A DNA stretch of 64,000 nucleotides. Source: Clostridia bacterium (GTDB taxonomy: Bacteria; Bacillota; Clostridia; Oscillospirales; Acutalibacteraceae). The position numbers were made by a program, and so were the translations under genes. The stretch is taken from assembly GCA_017474205.1 (NCBI GenBank), contig JAFVID010000028.1, positions 7,647-71,646 of the forward strand, read 5' to 3'. This document shows positions 55,719-64,000 of the stretch, one piece after another (position 1 is the first letter of the stretch; the number at the start of each line of letters is the position of its first letter). Below the pieces are notes generated by a model. The model saw nothing but the letters and a program-made list of their open reading frames with translations, made no database searches and had not been told where the DNA came from.

Positions 55719-55751
55719 CAAAAAAGACACTCCCCAGAGAGTGTCTTTTTT
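55719..55751. terminator. bidirectional terminator
   Basis: GACACTC-CCCAGA-GAGTGTC is flanked by A-run and T-run. It lies downstream of the 395-aa gene. Confidence 0.8.
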
Positions 55752-55798
55752 ATTTTCATCAATTTTCTCGTTTTAATTTTCTTAATATTTTCACCACG

Positions 55799-56986
55799 TT
55801 ACAATGCCAATATTACTTGCCATACCGCAAGTAAAAGTCCGAGCACGGTAAGAATTGTAACAAGCAGGTTATTTCGCTCGGAATAGATAAGAGACAAATC
55901 CCCTTCGAGCAATTCGAGAAGATATTTAACCTCTTCAATAATAGGTGCAACGTGCTGACTCGTCAACAACATAGCACTCAACTCGCCAATTTCGGCAATT
56001 TGAGTTTGTTCGACCTTCTCTAACACCTTAATAATTTTACGTCTGAAATCGCGGGTGGCTTTAATGCGTTTATAATAAGATACGTGTGCATTCTTTCGGC
56101 GTTCGGTTTGGAATACTAAAACCTCATTTATCAACGCCTTTAGCACCATTACAAATTCAACGGAAAATAAAATTCCGTGATTAACGGTCAGCGGACATTC
56201 CTCCATAAAGAAATATGGATTGCATCCCCCATAGGTTGCGGTGCCAAATTGAATTTGTCGGTCAATGTATTCTTTTTGGCGAGGAGTCCTTAGCAAATTC
56301 AAAAACAAGAATGCCTCTTTACAGGCATAAATGCGAATAAAATCTCGGCTTCCCCAATTCAATTCAAGACGTTCTTTTACTAGTTCATCGGGGACAAACT
56401 CATATCCCTCGTCCCCCGAAAGCATACCGTAAAGAAGTTTGCTTTGCTCCTCTTCAATCTTTTCAAGATTGTCGTAATCGCCGAATTTTGTAACCTCAAT
56501 CATAATGCTTGACTCGGTATGATTTTGAAGTCCCAAAACGTCTTTAATCTTAGTTGCAAGTGCCGCACAGGATAGATTACCGTCGGCAAATTCATATCCC
56601 ACGTGGACACCCGATTGTCGAATAGCAATAACCTCGTCAGACGTTATTCCTCGCATTTCATAGTGAAATGATAGAGAGATAATATCCGATTCCTCAAAAT
56701 AGGAACACATCACACAAAATTTATCCGGTCCTTTGCTTTCATCGCCAAGATGAAGATCCTTTAGAAAAACTCGATATACCTTATAGGTTTGACCGCCACC
56801 CCTCAAAAACTTTTGAGCGATTTGCATATCGCTAATATTGGCATCATCGAATTTCATATCTTCGTCATACACTTCAACCGACTCAAAACGTTTTTTAATC
56901 GCGTTTATAAATTCCTCTCCGCTCTTAAAAACACCCGAGGGATAATAAAATGCATGTGATATATTTACGTTAATATTTTCAACCAT
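55799..56986 (-). CDS. 395-aa protein with a single extreme C-terminal TM helix (unknown family)
   Basis: GGAGG RBS 5 nt upstream. The soluble ~365 aa end in predicted long helices, then LLVTILTVLGLLLAVWQVILAL-stop. No motif recognised. Confidence 0.7.
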   Translation of the reverse strand: MVENINVNISHAFYYPSGVFKSGEEFINAIKKRFESVEVYDEDMKFDDANISDMQIAQKFLRGGGQTYKVYRVFLKDLHLGDESKGPDKFCVMCSYFEESDIISLSFHYEMRGITSDEVIAIRQSGVHVGYEFADGNLSCAALATKIKDVLGLQNHTESSIMIEVTKFGDYDNLEKIEEEQSKLLYGMLSGDEGYEFVPDELVKERLELNWGSRDFIRIYACKEAFLFLNLLRTPRQKEYIDRQIQFGTATYGGCNPYFFMEECPLTVNHGILFSVEFVMVLKALINEVLVFQTERRKNAHVSYYKRIKATRDFRRKIIKVLEKVEQTQIAEIGELSAMLLTSQHVAPIIEEVKYLLELLEGDLSLIYSERNNLLVTILTVLGLLLAVWQVILAL

Positions 56987-57030
56987 AGTATCCTCCGCGT
57001 TTTTGCAAAAATAATTTACCGTAAATTATT

Positions 57031-57813
57031 TTATAGATTATTTACCAAAGATTTACCTTCCCAATCGGGGTCAAAACCTATCCCCATAACATCGGCGATG
57101 GTGGGGGTAATATCCAAAATCGAAACGTTTTCTAACTCTTTGCCCTTTTCAAAGTCGGGGCCAAAACAAAATACGGGAACGGTCATATCTTCGGGAAGTT
57201 CGCTGCCGTGGGAGCGGTCGTGTCCGCCGTGGTCGGCAGTTATAATAACCGAATATTCATCCCCAAACTTTTCTATCATTCGTTTTGAGTTATCAATAGC
57301 GATGGATACCCTGCGGAGATATTCCTCACTCATCCATCCGTTATCGTGTCCGCCCTTTTCGTCGGTATCCACCATATATAGGAAAACAAAATCGGGTTTA
57401 GCATTTTCAATAATTTTTTCCGCCTCATCGGTGAGGAGTGTATCCACACTTTCGCCGGTGTAGGCATTGATATATGTTGAATACTTAAGTGCCCCCGGGC
57501 AAGATATATCTCTCAAAGGTTCCCAACCGTAAAACATAGCAGATACCCCACCGGAATTTACAATTCTCTCAAAAATTCCCGAAACAGGACGCACCTGAGG
57601 AACGTAGGTGTTGGACAAAATTCCGTGTCGCTGAGGAGTTACCGAATGGGTCATAGAAAAATGACAAGGGAAGGTAACCGAGGGGGACACCGTTTGCTCA
57701 TTGTAACTATAACTGCATATCTTTTCGAGCTGGGATACATAAGGATTGCCACATTGTTTTAATCCATCGGGTCTCATCCCGTCAATGGAAATTAGGATAA
57801 CTTTTTTATCCAT
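57031..57813 (-). CDS. alkaline-phosphatase-superfamily nucleotide pyrophosphatase/phosphodiesterase (NPP-like)
   Basis: 260 aa. ISIDGMRPDGL metal-ligand block, a VTFP...TP.RHGI nucleophile region and TADHGGHD. Confidence 0.75.
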   Translation of the reverse strand: MDKKVILISIDGMRPDGLKQCGNPYVSQLEKICSYSYNEQTVSPSVTFPCHFSMTHSVTPQRHGILSNTYVPQVRPVSGIFERIVNSGGVSAMFYGWEPLRDISCPGALKYSTYINAYTGESVDTLLTDEAEKIIENAKPDFVFLYMVDTDEKGGHDNGWMSEEYLRRVSIAIDNSKRMIEKFGDEYSVIITADHGGHDRSHGSELPEDMTVPVFCFGPDFEKGKELENVSILDITPTIADVMGIGFDPDWEGKSLVNNL

Positions 57814-57967
57814 AAAATCACCGCCTTGAATTTAGTATAACATATCGTAACCCTCTTAACAAGAAAATTTATTTTATAATGTAATATGTTACAAACTGAA
57901 AAGTTGACAATGCAATAATAAATAAGTATAATAATATTACTTTAATAAAAGAACGGATACGATAATA

Positions 57968-58846
57968 ATGGAAAAACAATCAAGCATACTTCGAGCAATT
58001 TCGGTGGACGGCAGTGCCTTTATTCACGCGGTTGATGCCACCGCGTTGGTTGCCACGGCTCGTGAAATTCATAACACTTCCAAAACCATGACCGCAGTAC
58101 TAGGCAGAGCTTTAATTGCCTGTTCCTTAATGAGTGTGCAATTAAAGGGTGAAAAAAACACCCTTACCTTGCAAATTCAAGGGGATGGCCCTGCAGGAAC
58201 GATACTTTGCGTTGGAGATAGCAAAGGCAACGTAAAAGGATATGCCCAAAATCCCGATGTTGAACTGCCTCCCAACGATTTAGGAAAACTCAACGTGGGG
58301 GGTGCTATTGGTAATGGTACTTTGCACGTAATAAAAGATTTGGGGATGAATGAACCCTACCACGGAATGTGTGCCCTTGTTACCGGTGAAATTGGTGAAG
58401 ATATTACCGAATATTATGCCACCAGCGAACAAATTCCATCAGCTTGTGCCTTGGGTGTTAGGGTAAATCGAGATTTAAGCGTAAAATCCGCAGGAGGATT
58501 TTTGTTGCAACTACTCCCCAACGCCGACCCCGATATCGTTACAAAGTTGGAAGAAAATTTAGAAAATATCGGCTCGGTTTCGCAAAAAATTGCGGATGGA
58601 ATGACTCCGTTGCAATTGGTGGAACAGGTCTTTGCGGATATTCCTTTTGACATTTTAGATGGAAACGAAGTTAAGTTTTCCTGCGGTTGCTCCAGAGAAA
58701 AATATTCCCGTATTTTAGCAACCTTAAATCAAAAGGATTTGAAAAGTTTGATAGAAGAAGACAAGCCCGTAGAAACGGTTTGCACTTTTTGTAATACAAA
58801 ATACGTTTTCGGAATTGATGAATTAAAACAATATGTTAAAGAATAA
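57968..58846 (+). CDS. hslO: redox-regulated chaperone Hsp33
   Basis: 292 aa. The C-terminal zinc centre CGCSREK...CTFCNTKY is diagnostic of Hsp33. Confidence 0.9.
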   Translation: MEKQSSILRAISVDGSAFIHAVDATALVATAREIHNTSKTMTAVLGRALIACSLMSVQLKGEKNTLTLQIQGDGPAGTILCVGDSKGNVKGYAQNPDVELPPNDLGKLNVGGAIGNGTLHVIKDLGMNEPYHGMCALVTGEIGEDITEYYATSEQIPSACALGVRVNRDLSVKSAGGFLLQLLPNADPDIVTKLEENLENIGSVSQKIADGMTPLQLVEQVFADIPFDILDGNEVKFSCGCSREKYSRILATLNQKDLKSLIEEDKPVETVCTFCNTKYVFGIDELKQYVKE

Positions 58847-58883
58847 AAATTCCCTCCTATGGTAGTACCGTAGGAGGGTTTTT
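58846..58883. terminator. bidirectional terminator
   Basis: CCCTCCTATGG-TAGTA-CCGTAGGAGGG followed by TTTTT, between hslO and the convergent 64-aa gene. Confidence 0.8.
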
Positions 58884-58886
58884 AAT

Positions 58887-59081
58887 TTATATCTTCTTAA
58901 TAAACACACCGCAATCTTGGCAGTAGTGTACGTTTTTTATTTTAGAAACTTCGGTTAGTTTCACCTTGTCGGATATTCGCACCTTACGTTTATCTAAAAG
59001 TGATACCCACTTTAGCACAAAGGGTGAGTTAAATGGCACGTATCCCTCCACCATTTCCTTTTGACAATATGGACAAATCAT
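58887..59081 (-). CDS. 64-aa zinc-ribbon protein
   Basis: CPYC...CQDC pairs at the two ends. No further assignment. Confidence 0.5.
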   Translation of the reverse strand: MICPYCQKEMVEGYVPFNSPFVLKWVSLLDKRKVRISDKVKLTEVSKIKNVHYCQDCGVFIKKI

Positions 59082-59237
59082 AAAATCAACTCCTTAAAAA
59101 TATTTTATCACATAAAATATTTCCTTGCAATAAAAAACTTGATTGTTCACCGCGTATCTTTTTTAATCTTTTATTAATTGATTTTATCTTAAGATATTTA
59201 AAATTCAAAATTCGTTATAAATTGATCTTAAAATGAT

Positions 59238-59270
59238 AAGATTCCGACCACTTACGCAATCGGAATCTTT
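59238..59270 (-). terminator. terminator hairpin
   Basis: AAGATTCCG / CGGAATCTT 9-bp stem with a 14-nt loop, downstream of the 68-aa gene. Confidence 0.55.
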
Positions 59271-59282
59271 GATTATTCAATA

Positions 59283-59489
59283 TTAATATTTATGTCCGTC
59301 AACTATATATCCGCATTTAGTACATTTCTTTGTTTTCACCGTGCGAGTTTTTATAGTTGATCCTCCAAACCAATTAGGCTCTATATGATCAAAGCCCTGT
59401 CTCTCTCCTATAGTCGTCAAACTCCCCCCGCATTTTGGGCAGGTTGCAAAAAGCTCATTAAGAAACGCTGCATTTGGATTTCTTTTCAT
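59283..59489 (-). CDS. 68-aa zinc-ribbon protein
   Basis: From MKRNPNAAF (AGAGGAGAG RBS). CPKC...CTKC. It is divergent from the XRE gene. Confidence 0.55.
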   Translation of the reverse strand: MKRNPNAAFLNELFATCPKCGGSLTTIGERQGFDHIEPNWFGGSTIKTRTVKTKKCTKCGYIVDGHKY

Positions 59490-59509
59490 ATTTTTTCTCT
59501 CCTCTAAAT

Positions 59510-59559
59510 ATATTAACCGATTTTGGTTAATATGATTATATACCACATTCGGTTAATAT
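59510..59559. promoter_or_regulatory. operator-like repeats in divergent promoter region
   Basis: Inverted repeat ATATTAACC-N6-GGTTAATAT (59510-59533) plus a third direct copy GGTTAATAT (59551-59559). Confidence 0.55.
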
Positions 59560-59582
59560 GTCAATAGGGAGGATTGAAAAAT

Positions 59583-59789
59583 ATGATTTCCTATGATAGA
59601 CTTTGGCAAACGATGAAAGAACGAGGCGTTACGCAATACGCACTCATTAAAAAATACAACGTCAGTCCCGCTCAAATCACCCGACTCAAACGAAACGAAA
59701 GCGTCAGCACCCATACCATTGAAACCTTTTGTAAAATATTAAAGTGCAACGTTGAAGATATTATGCAATTTATTGACGATAATGAATAA
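59583..59789 (+). CDS. small XRE/Cro-type HTH protein
   Basis: 68 aa from the ATG at 59583 (GGGAGG 10 nt upstream; the track start 59574 is TTG). It is a paralogue of 40236..40439. Confidence 0.7.
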   Translation: MISYDRLWQTMKERGVTQYALIKKYNVSPAQITRLKRNESVSTHTIETFCKILKCNVEDIMQFIDDNE

Positions 59790-59840
59790 CCCCCATCCAT
59801 AAATTTGGACGGGGGTTTTGTTATAAACTTTTTCACACAA

Positions 59841-60611
59841 TCAATTTGCTTTCAAATTTTCCAAGTATTGTGTAGGGGTGATTTTTAATCGCTCCTTAAA
59901 GCAACGGTTAAAATTTCGTAGTGACGTAAATCCGCTATTATAGGCACACTGTAAAATAGTTTGCTGGGTGTTTTCCATAAGATAGCAGGCGTGACTAAGG
60001 CGATAGTGGGTCGTATAGGAATTAAATGAAATGCCAACTATCTTCTTAAAATGACGGGAAAGATATGAATAATCGTATCCCAAATTTTTTGAAAGGTTTA
60101 ATAAAGAGCAATCCTTATTAAAATTCTCTTCCACAAAATCGAACATTTTATATAATAAGTCACCGCGGTCTGTTTTTTTGTCGATATATTCCGACTGCCT
60201 GTCAAACTGTCCGCACAAAGAATACAAAACACCTTTTTTATCGGTGGATGATGAATTGGCATCAAGTTTTTCAAGGGATTCAATCAAATATTTATCAGGA
60301 CAAAACTTGTTGCTTTTTGGAATTTTATCGCTAAACTTTGTGGTATATGCCTGCACAAGTTTAGTCGAAAAAATACATAAAATATGCTTACTGTTTGTGG
60401 ATTCAAGTTCGTGTATTTGGTTTGGGAAGATAAGCATGGCATCGTTTTTCTCTAAAACAAACTGCTTACCGTCTACCGTTATTTTCATTTGTCCCGAAAG
60501 GATAATAATAATCTCGAAACACTGATGCAAATGGGGCGGAAAACTAAAATTTTCGTTTTTTTCAATTTTCAAATAATCCGCCGAACCTAAATGATTGTAT
60601 TGATAAAACAT
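59841..60611 (-). CDS. AraC-family transcriptional regulator (cupin + HTH)
   Basis: 256 aa with an N-terminal cupin-like sensor and a C-terminal double HTH (...SYLSRHFKK..G.SF..Y....R...A). It is divergent from xylB. Confidence 0.85.
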   Translation of the reverse strand: MFYQYNHLGSADYLKIEKNENFSFPPHLHQCFEIIIILSGQMKITVDGKQFVLEKNDAMLIFPNQIHELESTNSKHILCIFSTKLVQAYTTKFSDKIPKSNKFCPDKYLIESLEKLDANSSSTDKKGVLYSLCGQFDRQSEYIDKKTDRGDLLYKMFDFVEENFNKDCSLLNLSKNLGYDYSYLSRHFKKIVGISFNSYTTHYRLSHACYLMENTQQTILQCAYNSGFTSLRNFNRCFKERLKITPTQYLENLKAN

Positions 60612-60715
60612 ATTTTTCTCCCAAAGTCAAATATTGTCTATATATTATAGAACATTTTGCGAGAAAAGTCAAATTATTTGCGATATACTAACAAAAAAAG
60701 TAAAGGAGAAAAAGC

Positions 60716-62194
60716 GTGAAGTATTATATTGGTGCCGACCTCGGTACGTCGGCTTTGAAATTATTATTGATCGATAATTGCGGTCAAATTGTCAACACCG
60801 TTACAAAATCATATCCGGTTTGTTATCCGCATCCTGCCTGGAGTGAGCAAAGTCCCGAAGATTGGTGGAACGCTTTCCTTTCGGGTGTAAAGGAACTAAT
60901 CAGCGAAATCGATCCATCTCAAGTTAAAGGTATCGGTGCAGGCGGTCAAATGCACGGTTTGGTTATCCTTGATGAAAACGACAATGTAATCCGCCCCGCT
61001 ATCCTTTGGAACGACGGCAGAACCGATAAGGAAACTGCTTATCTTAATGAAGTTATTGGTAAAGAAAAGTTATCAGAACTTACCGCAAATATCGCATTTG
61101 CAGGATTTACCGCTCCAAAAATTCTTTGGGTTAAAAATAACGAACCCGATAATTTTGCAAAAATCAGCAAAATTATGCTTCCTAAAGATTTCATAAACTA
61201 CAAACTTACAGGCGTACACAGTTGCGATTATTCCGATGCATCGGGTATGCTTTTGTTAGACGTTAAAAACAAATGTTGGTCTGAAGAAATGCTAAACCTT
61301 TGCTCGGTTTCTAAAGATCAAATGCCAAAACTTTTTGAAAGTTACGAAACAGTAGGCACACTTATCCCCGAAATTGCCGAAGAATTGGGATTATCCTCTG
61401 CAGTTAAGGTTGTGGCAGGTGCAGGCGATAACGCCGCCGCTGCAGTTGGTACAGGTACCGTTTCAAACGGTATGTGTAATATCTCACTCGGCACATCGGG
61501 CACAATATTCATTTCATCCGACAGTTTTTCTGTTGACCCAATGAATGCACTCCATTCCTTCTGTCATGCAGACGGTGGTTATCATCTTATGGGATGTATG
61601 TTGTCTGCCGCATCCTGCAACAAGTGGCTTTGCGAAGATATCTTCAAAACAAACGATTATGCTGCAGAACAAGTAGACATCACCGATGAAAAATTAGGTG
61701 CAAACGATGTATTCTTCCTCCCCTATTTAATGGGAGAAAGAAGCCCCATAAACGATACCGATGCCCGTGGCACATTTACCGGTATGAGAATGGATACCTC
61801 CCGTTCCGATTTAGTTCAAGCCGTGCTTGAGGGTGTAGCATTCGCAATTAGAGATAGTTTTGAGGTTGCCCGTAATTCCGGAATAGAGATAAACTACAGC
61901 ACCCTTTGCGGTGGCGGAGCAAAATCAGCTTTATGGCAAAAGATTTTCTGCAACGTGCTTAATATTAAAATCGGACTTCCTCAAACCGAAGAGGGTCCCG
62001 GCTACGGCGGAGCTGTTCTTGCTATGGTTGGCGACGGCGAATATGCTACCGTTAATGAATGTTGCGAAAAGTTTGTTAAGATAAAGGGTGTTATAAATCC
62101 TGATCCACAAATTGCCGCACGATATGAAGAAAAATATCAAAAATTCAAAAAGATTTATCCTGCTATGAAGCAGTTATTTAAAGAAATTAAGTAA
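60716..62194 (+). CDS. xylB: xylulokinase
   Basis: 492 aa with a GTG start after AAAGGAG. FGGY kinase blocks ([11 protein letters not shown]; [13 protein letters not shown]). It lies upstream of xylA. Confidence 0.9.
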   Translation: MKYYIGADLGTSALKLLLIDNCGQIVNTVTKSYPVCYPHPAWSEQSPEDWWNAFLSGVKELISEIDPSQVKGIGAGGQMHGLVILDENDNVIRPAILWNDGRTDKETAYLNEVIGKEKLSELTANIAFAGFTAPKILWVKNNEPDNFAKISKIMLPKDFINYKLTGVHSCDYSDASGMLLLDVKNKCWSEEMLNLCSVSKDQMPKLFESYETVGTLIPEIAEELGLSSAVKVVAGAGDNAAAAVGTGTVSNGMCNISLGTSGTIFISSDSFSVDPMNALHSFCHADGGYHLMGCMLSAASCNKWLCEDIFKTNDYAAEQVDITDEKLGANDVFFLPYLMGERSPINDTDARGTFTGMRMDTSRSDLVQAVLEGVAFAIRDSFEVARNSGIEINYSTLCGGGAKSALWQKIFCNVLNIKIGLPQTEEGPGYGGAVLAMVGDGEYATVNECCEKFVKIKGVINPDPQIAARYEEKYQKFKKIYPAMKQLFKEIK

Positions 62195-62207
62195 GGGGAA
62201 TAAAAAA

Positions 62208-63524
62208 ATGAACGAAATTTTTAAGAACATTCCAGCAATTAAGTACGAAGGAAAGGATAGCACAAATCCCTTGGCCTTCAAATTCTACGATGCCGATCGC
62301 GTAATTTTAGGCAAACCCATGCGTGAACATCTTCCTTTTGCAATGGCTTGGTGGCATAACCTTTGTGCCGCAGGTACCGATATGTTCGGTAGAGATACCG
62401 GCGATAAAGCATTCGGCGCCGAAAAAGGTACAATGGAACACGCAAAAGCAAAGGTAGATGCAGGTTTTGAATTTATGCAAAAACTCGGTGTAGAATACTT
62501 CTGCTTCCACGACGTTGACCTTGTACCCGAAGCTGACGATATTAAAGAAACCAATCGTCGTCTTGATGAAGTAACCGATTACATTCTTGAAAAAATGAAG
62601 GAAACCGGTATCAAATGTCTTTGGGGTACAGCCAATATGTTCTCCAACCCCCGTTTTATGAACGGTGCAGGTAGCACAAACTCTGCTGATGTATTCTGCT
62701 TTGCAGCAGCACAAACCAAAAAAGCACTTGACTTAACCGTTAAACTTGGCGGTAAAGGTTACGTTTTCTGGGGCGGACGTGAAGGTTACGAAACCCTTCT
62801 TAACACCGACGTTAAGTTCGAACAAGAAAATATCGCCCGTCTTATGAAGATGGCTGTTGAATATGGTCGTTACATTGGATTTACCGGTGATTTCTACATC
62901 GAACCCAAACCCAAAGAACCCATGAAGCATCAATATGATTTTGACGCCGCAACCGCAATCGGTTTCCTTCGTCAACACGGTCTCGATAAAGATTTCAAGA
63001 TGAATATCGAAGCAAATCACGCCACCCTCGCAGGTCATACCTTCCAACACGAATTGCGCATTTCTGCAATTAACGGAATGCTTGGCTCCATCGATGCAAA
63101 CCAAGGTGACTTGTTGCTCGGTTGGGATACCGACGAATTCCCTGCAAACGTATATGATGCAACTATGTGTATGTACGAAGTAATCAAAGCAGGCGGTCTT
63201 ACCGGTGGATTCAACTTTGACTCCAAAACCCGTCGTGCAAGTAACACCGTTGAAGATATGTTCCACGCCTTTATCCTTGGTATGGATACCTTCGCATTAG
63301 GTCTTATCAAAGCAGCTGAATTGATCGAAGACGGTAGAATTGATTCCTTCATCAAAGAAAAATACAGCAGTTTCAACGAAGGCATCGGTAAAGATATCAT
63401 AGAAAATAAAACCACCCTTGCCCAATTAGCCGAATATGCAGAGAATATGGGTGCTCCTAAATCTCCCATCAGTGGCAGACAAGAATATCTCCAAAGTGTT
63501 GTAAACACCGTTATGTTCAAATAA
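62208..63524 (+). CDS. xylA: xylose isomerase
   Basis: 438 aa with class II XylA blocks (FCFHD.D; FWGGREGY; EPKP.EP; [10 protein letters not shown]). Confidence 0.95.
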   Translation: MNEIFKNIPAIKYEGKDSTNPLAFKFYDADRVILGKPMREHLPFAMAWWHNLCAAGTDMFGRDTGDKAFGAEKGTMEHAKAKVDAGFEFMQKLGVEYFCFHDVDLVPEADDIKETNRRLDEVTDYILEKMKETGIKCLWGTANMFSNPRFMNGAGSTNSADVFCFAAAQTKKALDLTVKLGGKGYVFWGGREGYETLLNTDVKFEQENIARLMKMAVEYGRYIGFTGDFYIEPKPKEPMKHQYDFDAATAIGFLRQHGLDKDFKMNIEANHATLAGHTFQHELRISAINGMLGSIDANQGDLLLGWDTDEFPANVYDATMCMYEVIKAGGLTGGFNFDSKTRRASNTVEDMFHAFILGMDTFALGLIKAAELIEDGRIDSFIKEKYSSFNEGIGKDIIENKTTLAQLAEYAENMGAPKSPISGRQEYLQSVVNTVMFK

Positions 63525-63543
63525 TATAAACTACAACTAAATC

Positions 63544-63582
63544 AAAACTCCTTTGTCGATAACCTCGGCAAAGGAGTTTTTT
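63544..63582. terminator. bidirectional terminator
   Basis: ACTCCTTTG / CAAAGGAGT 9-bp stem, A-run before and TTTTTT after. Confidence 0.8.
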
Positions 63583-63588
63583 ATTAAA

Positions 63589-64000
63589 TCATTTTCTTTT
63601 AAATAGTGAATTAAACAAATTCGCCATACGCCTGAGCAAGAAGCATCCAATAAACAAAGCAACGCCTCCCGCAATCCAAATTAGATATTCAGTATTAGAA
63701 AGAGAGAATTTATCTATACAAGCAGTAACACAAGCCACTAACAAAATATGCAAAAGATATATTTCAAAAGAATAATCACCGCATATTCCCAACAAAGATA
63801 CTATCGGCTTTGTGAATTTTGATTTTTCAAGCACCATAGCCAGTCGGGATATTGCAAAACACAACGGTGGAGTAATAAGAATAAATGGATACCAATACAA
63901 TCCGTAAGCCCACAAATGTTGAGGGATTTTCTCCATTAAAATTAGTAAAGACGTAACGCCCACAATAAAAGCCACGGTCATTATTAGTGTGTGTTTTAAT
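63589..64000 (-). CDS. acyltransferase-3-family membrane protein, C-terminal part (gene continues past the right edge)
   Basis: The reading frame stays open to nt 64000 (no stop upstream of the track Met). It has several TM helices and a GDYSFEIYLLH block like the conserved acyltransferase_3 C-terminal motif. Confidence 0.55.
   Translation of the reverse strand, partial: LKHTLIMTVAFIVGVTSLLILMEKIPQHLWAYGLYWYPFILITPPLCFAISRLAMVLEKSKFTKPIVSLLGICGDYSFEIYLLHILLVACVTACIDKFSLSNTEYLIWIAGGVALFIGCFLLRRMANLFNSLFKRK

Overview
This window looks like chromosomal DNA from a low-GC Gram-positive anaerobe. The Clostridia-type gene content supports this: ecfA1-ecfA2-ecfT-truA, DegV, TepA, DivIVA, DUF3048 and several radical-SAM genes. 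Secreted dockerin-bearing proteins imply a cellulosome/amylosome-like surface system. The taxon is inference only. About 64 protein genes are supported. They are densely packed and mostly housekeeping: mtlD (partial), lplA, rsmA, dCMP deaminase, tmk-like kinase, dut, ftsK, uppP, ygiQ, ispD-ispF, galE, proS, ttcA, ruvX, nadC-nadB-nadA, 1-phosphofructokinase, truA, the ECF energising module, udp, hslO, and xylB-xylA with an AraC regulator. A tRNA-Gly/Met/Glu cluster sits behind a consensus promoter. I saw no rRNA, CRISPR array, transposase, integrase, reverse transcriptase or phage structural gene. Accessory content sits in small islands. (i) Four secreted dockerin proteins share an unassigned ~170-200-aa beta-sandwich-like module: a 323-aa protein, a GH25 muramidase, an ~827-aa protein with an internal dockerin, and a 1340-aa SASA-type esterase. 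(ii) A MacB/FtsX-type ABC transporter has a His/Asp/Glu-rich extracytoplasmic insert, a DUF3299-like lipoprotein and a Cys/His-rich mini membrane protein. (iii) An NPP-type phosphodiesterase is paired with a 395-aa tail-anchored protein of unknown family. (iv) XRE-SLOG(DUF1273) and XRE-zinc-ribbon divergent pairs carry palindromic operators. Intergenic DNA carries several repeat families: GC-rich REP-like hairpin modules, 7-bp-periodic AT-rich arrays, and a terminator hairpin present three times. All calls come from reading the sequence and the ORF translations. No database search or folding computation was possible, and motif coordinates were counted by hand.
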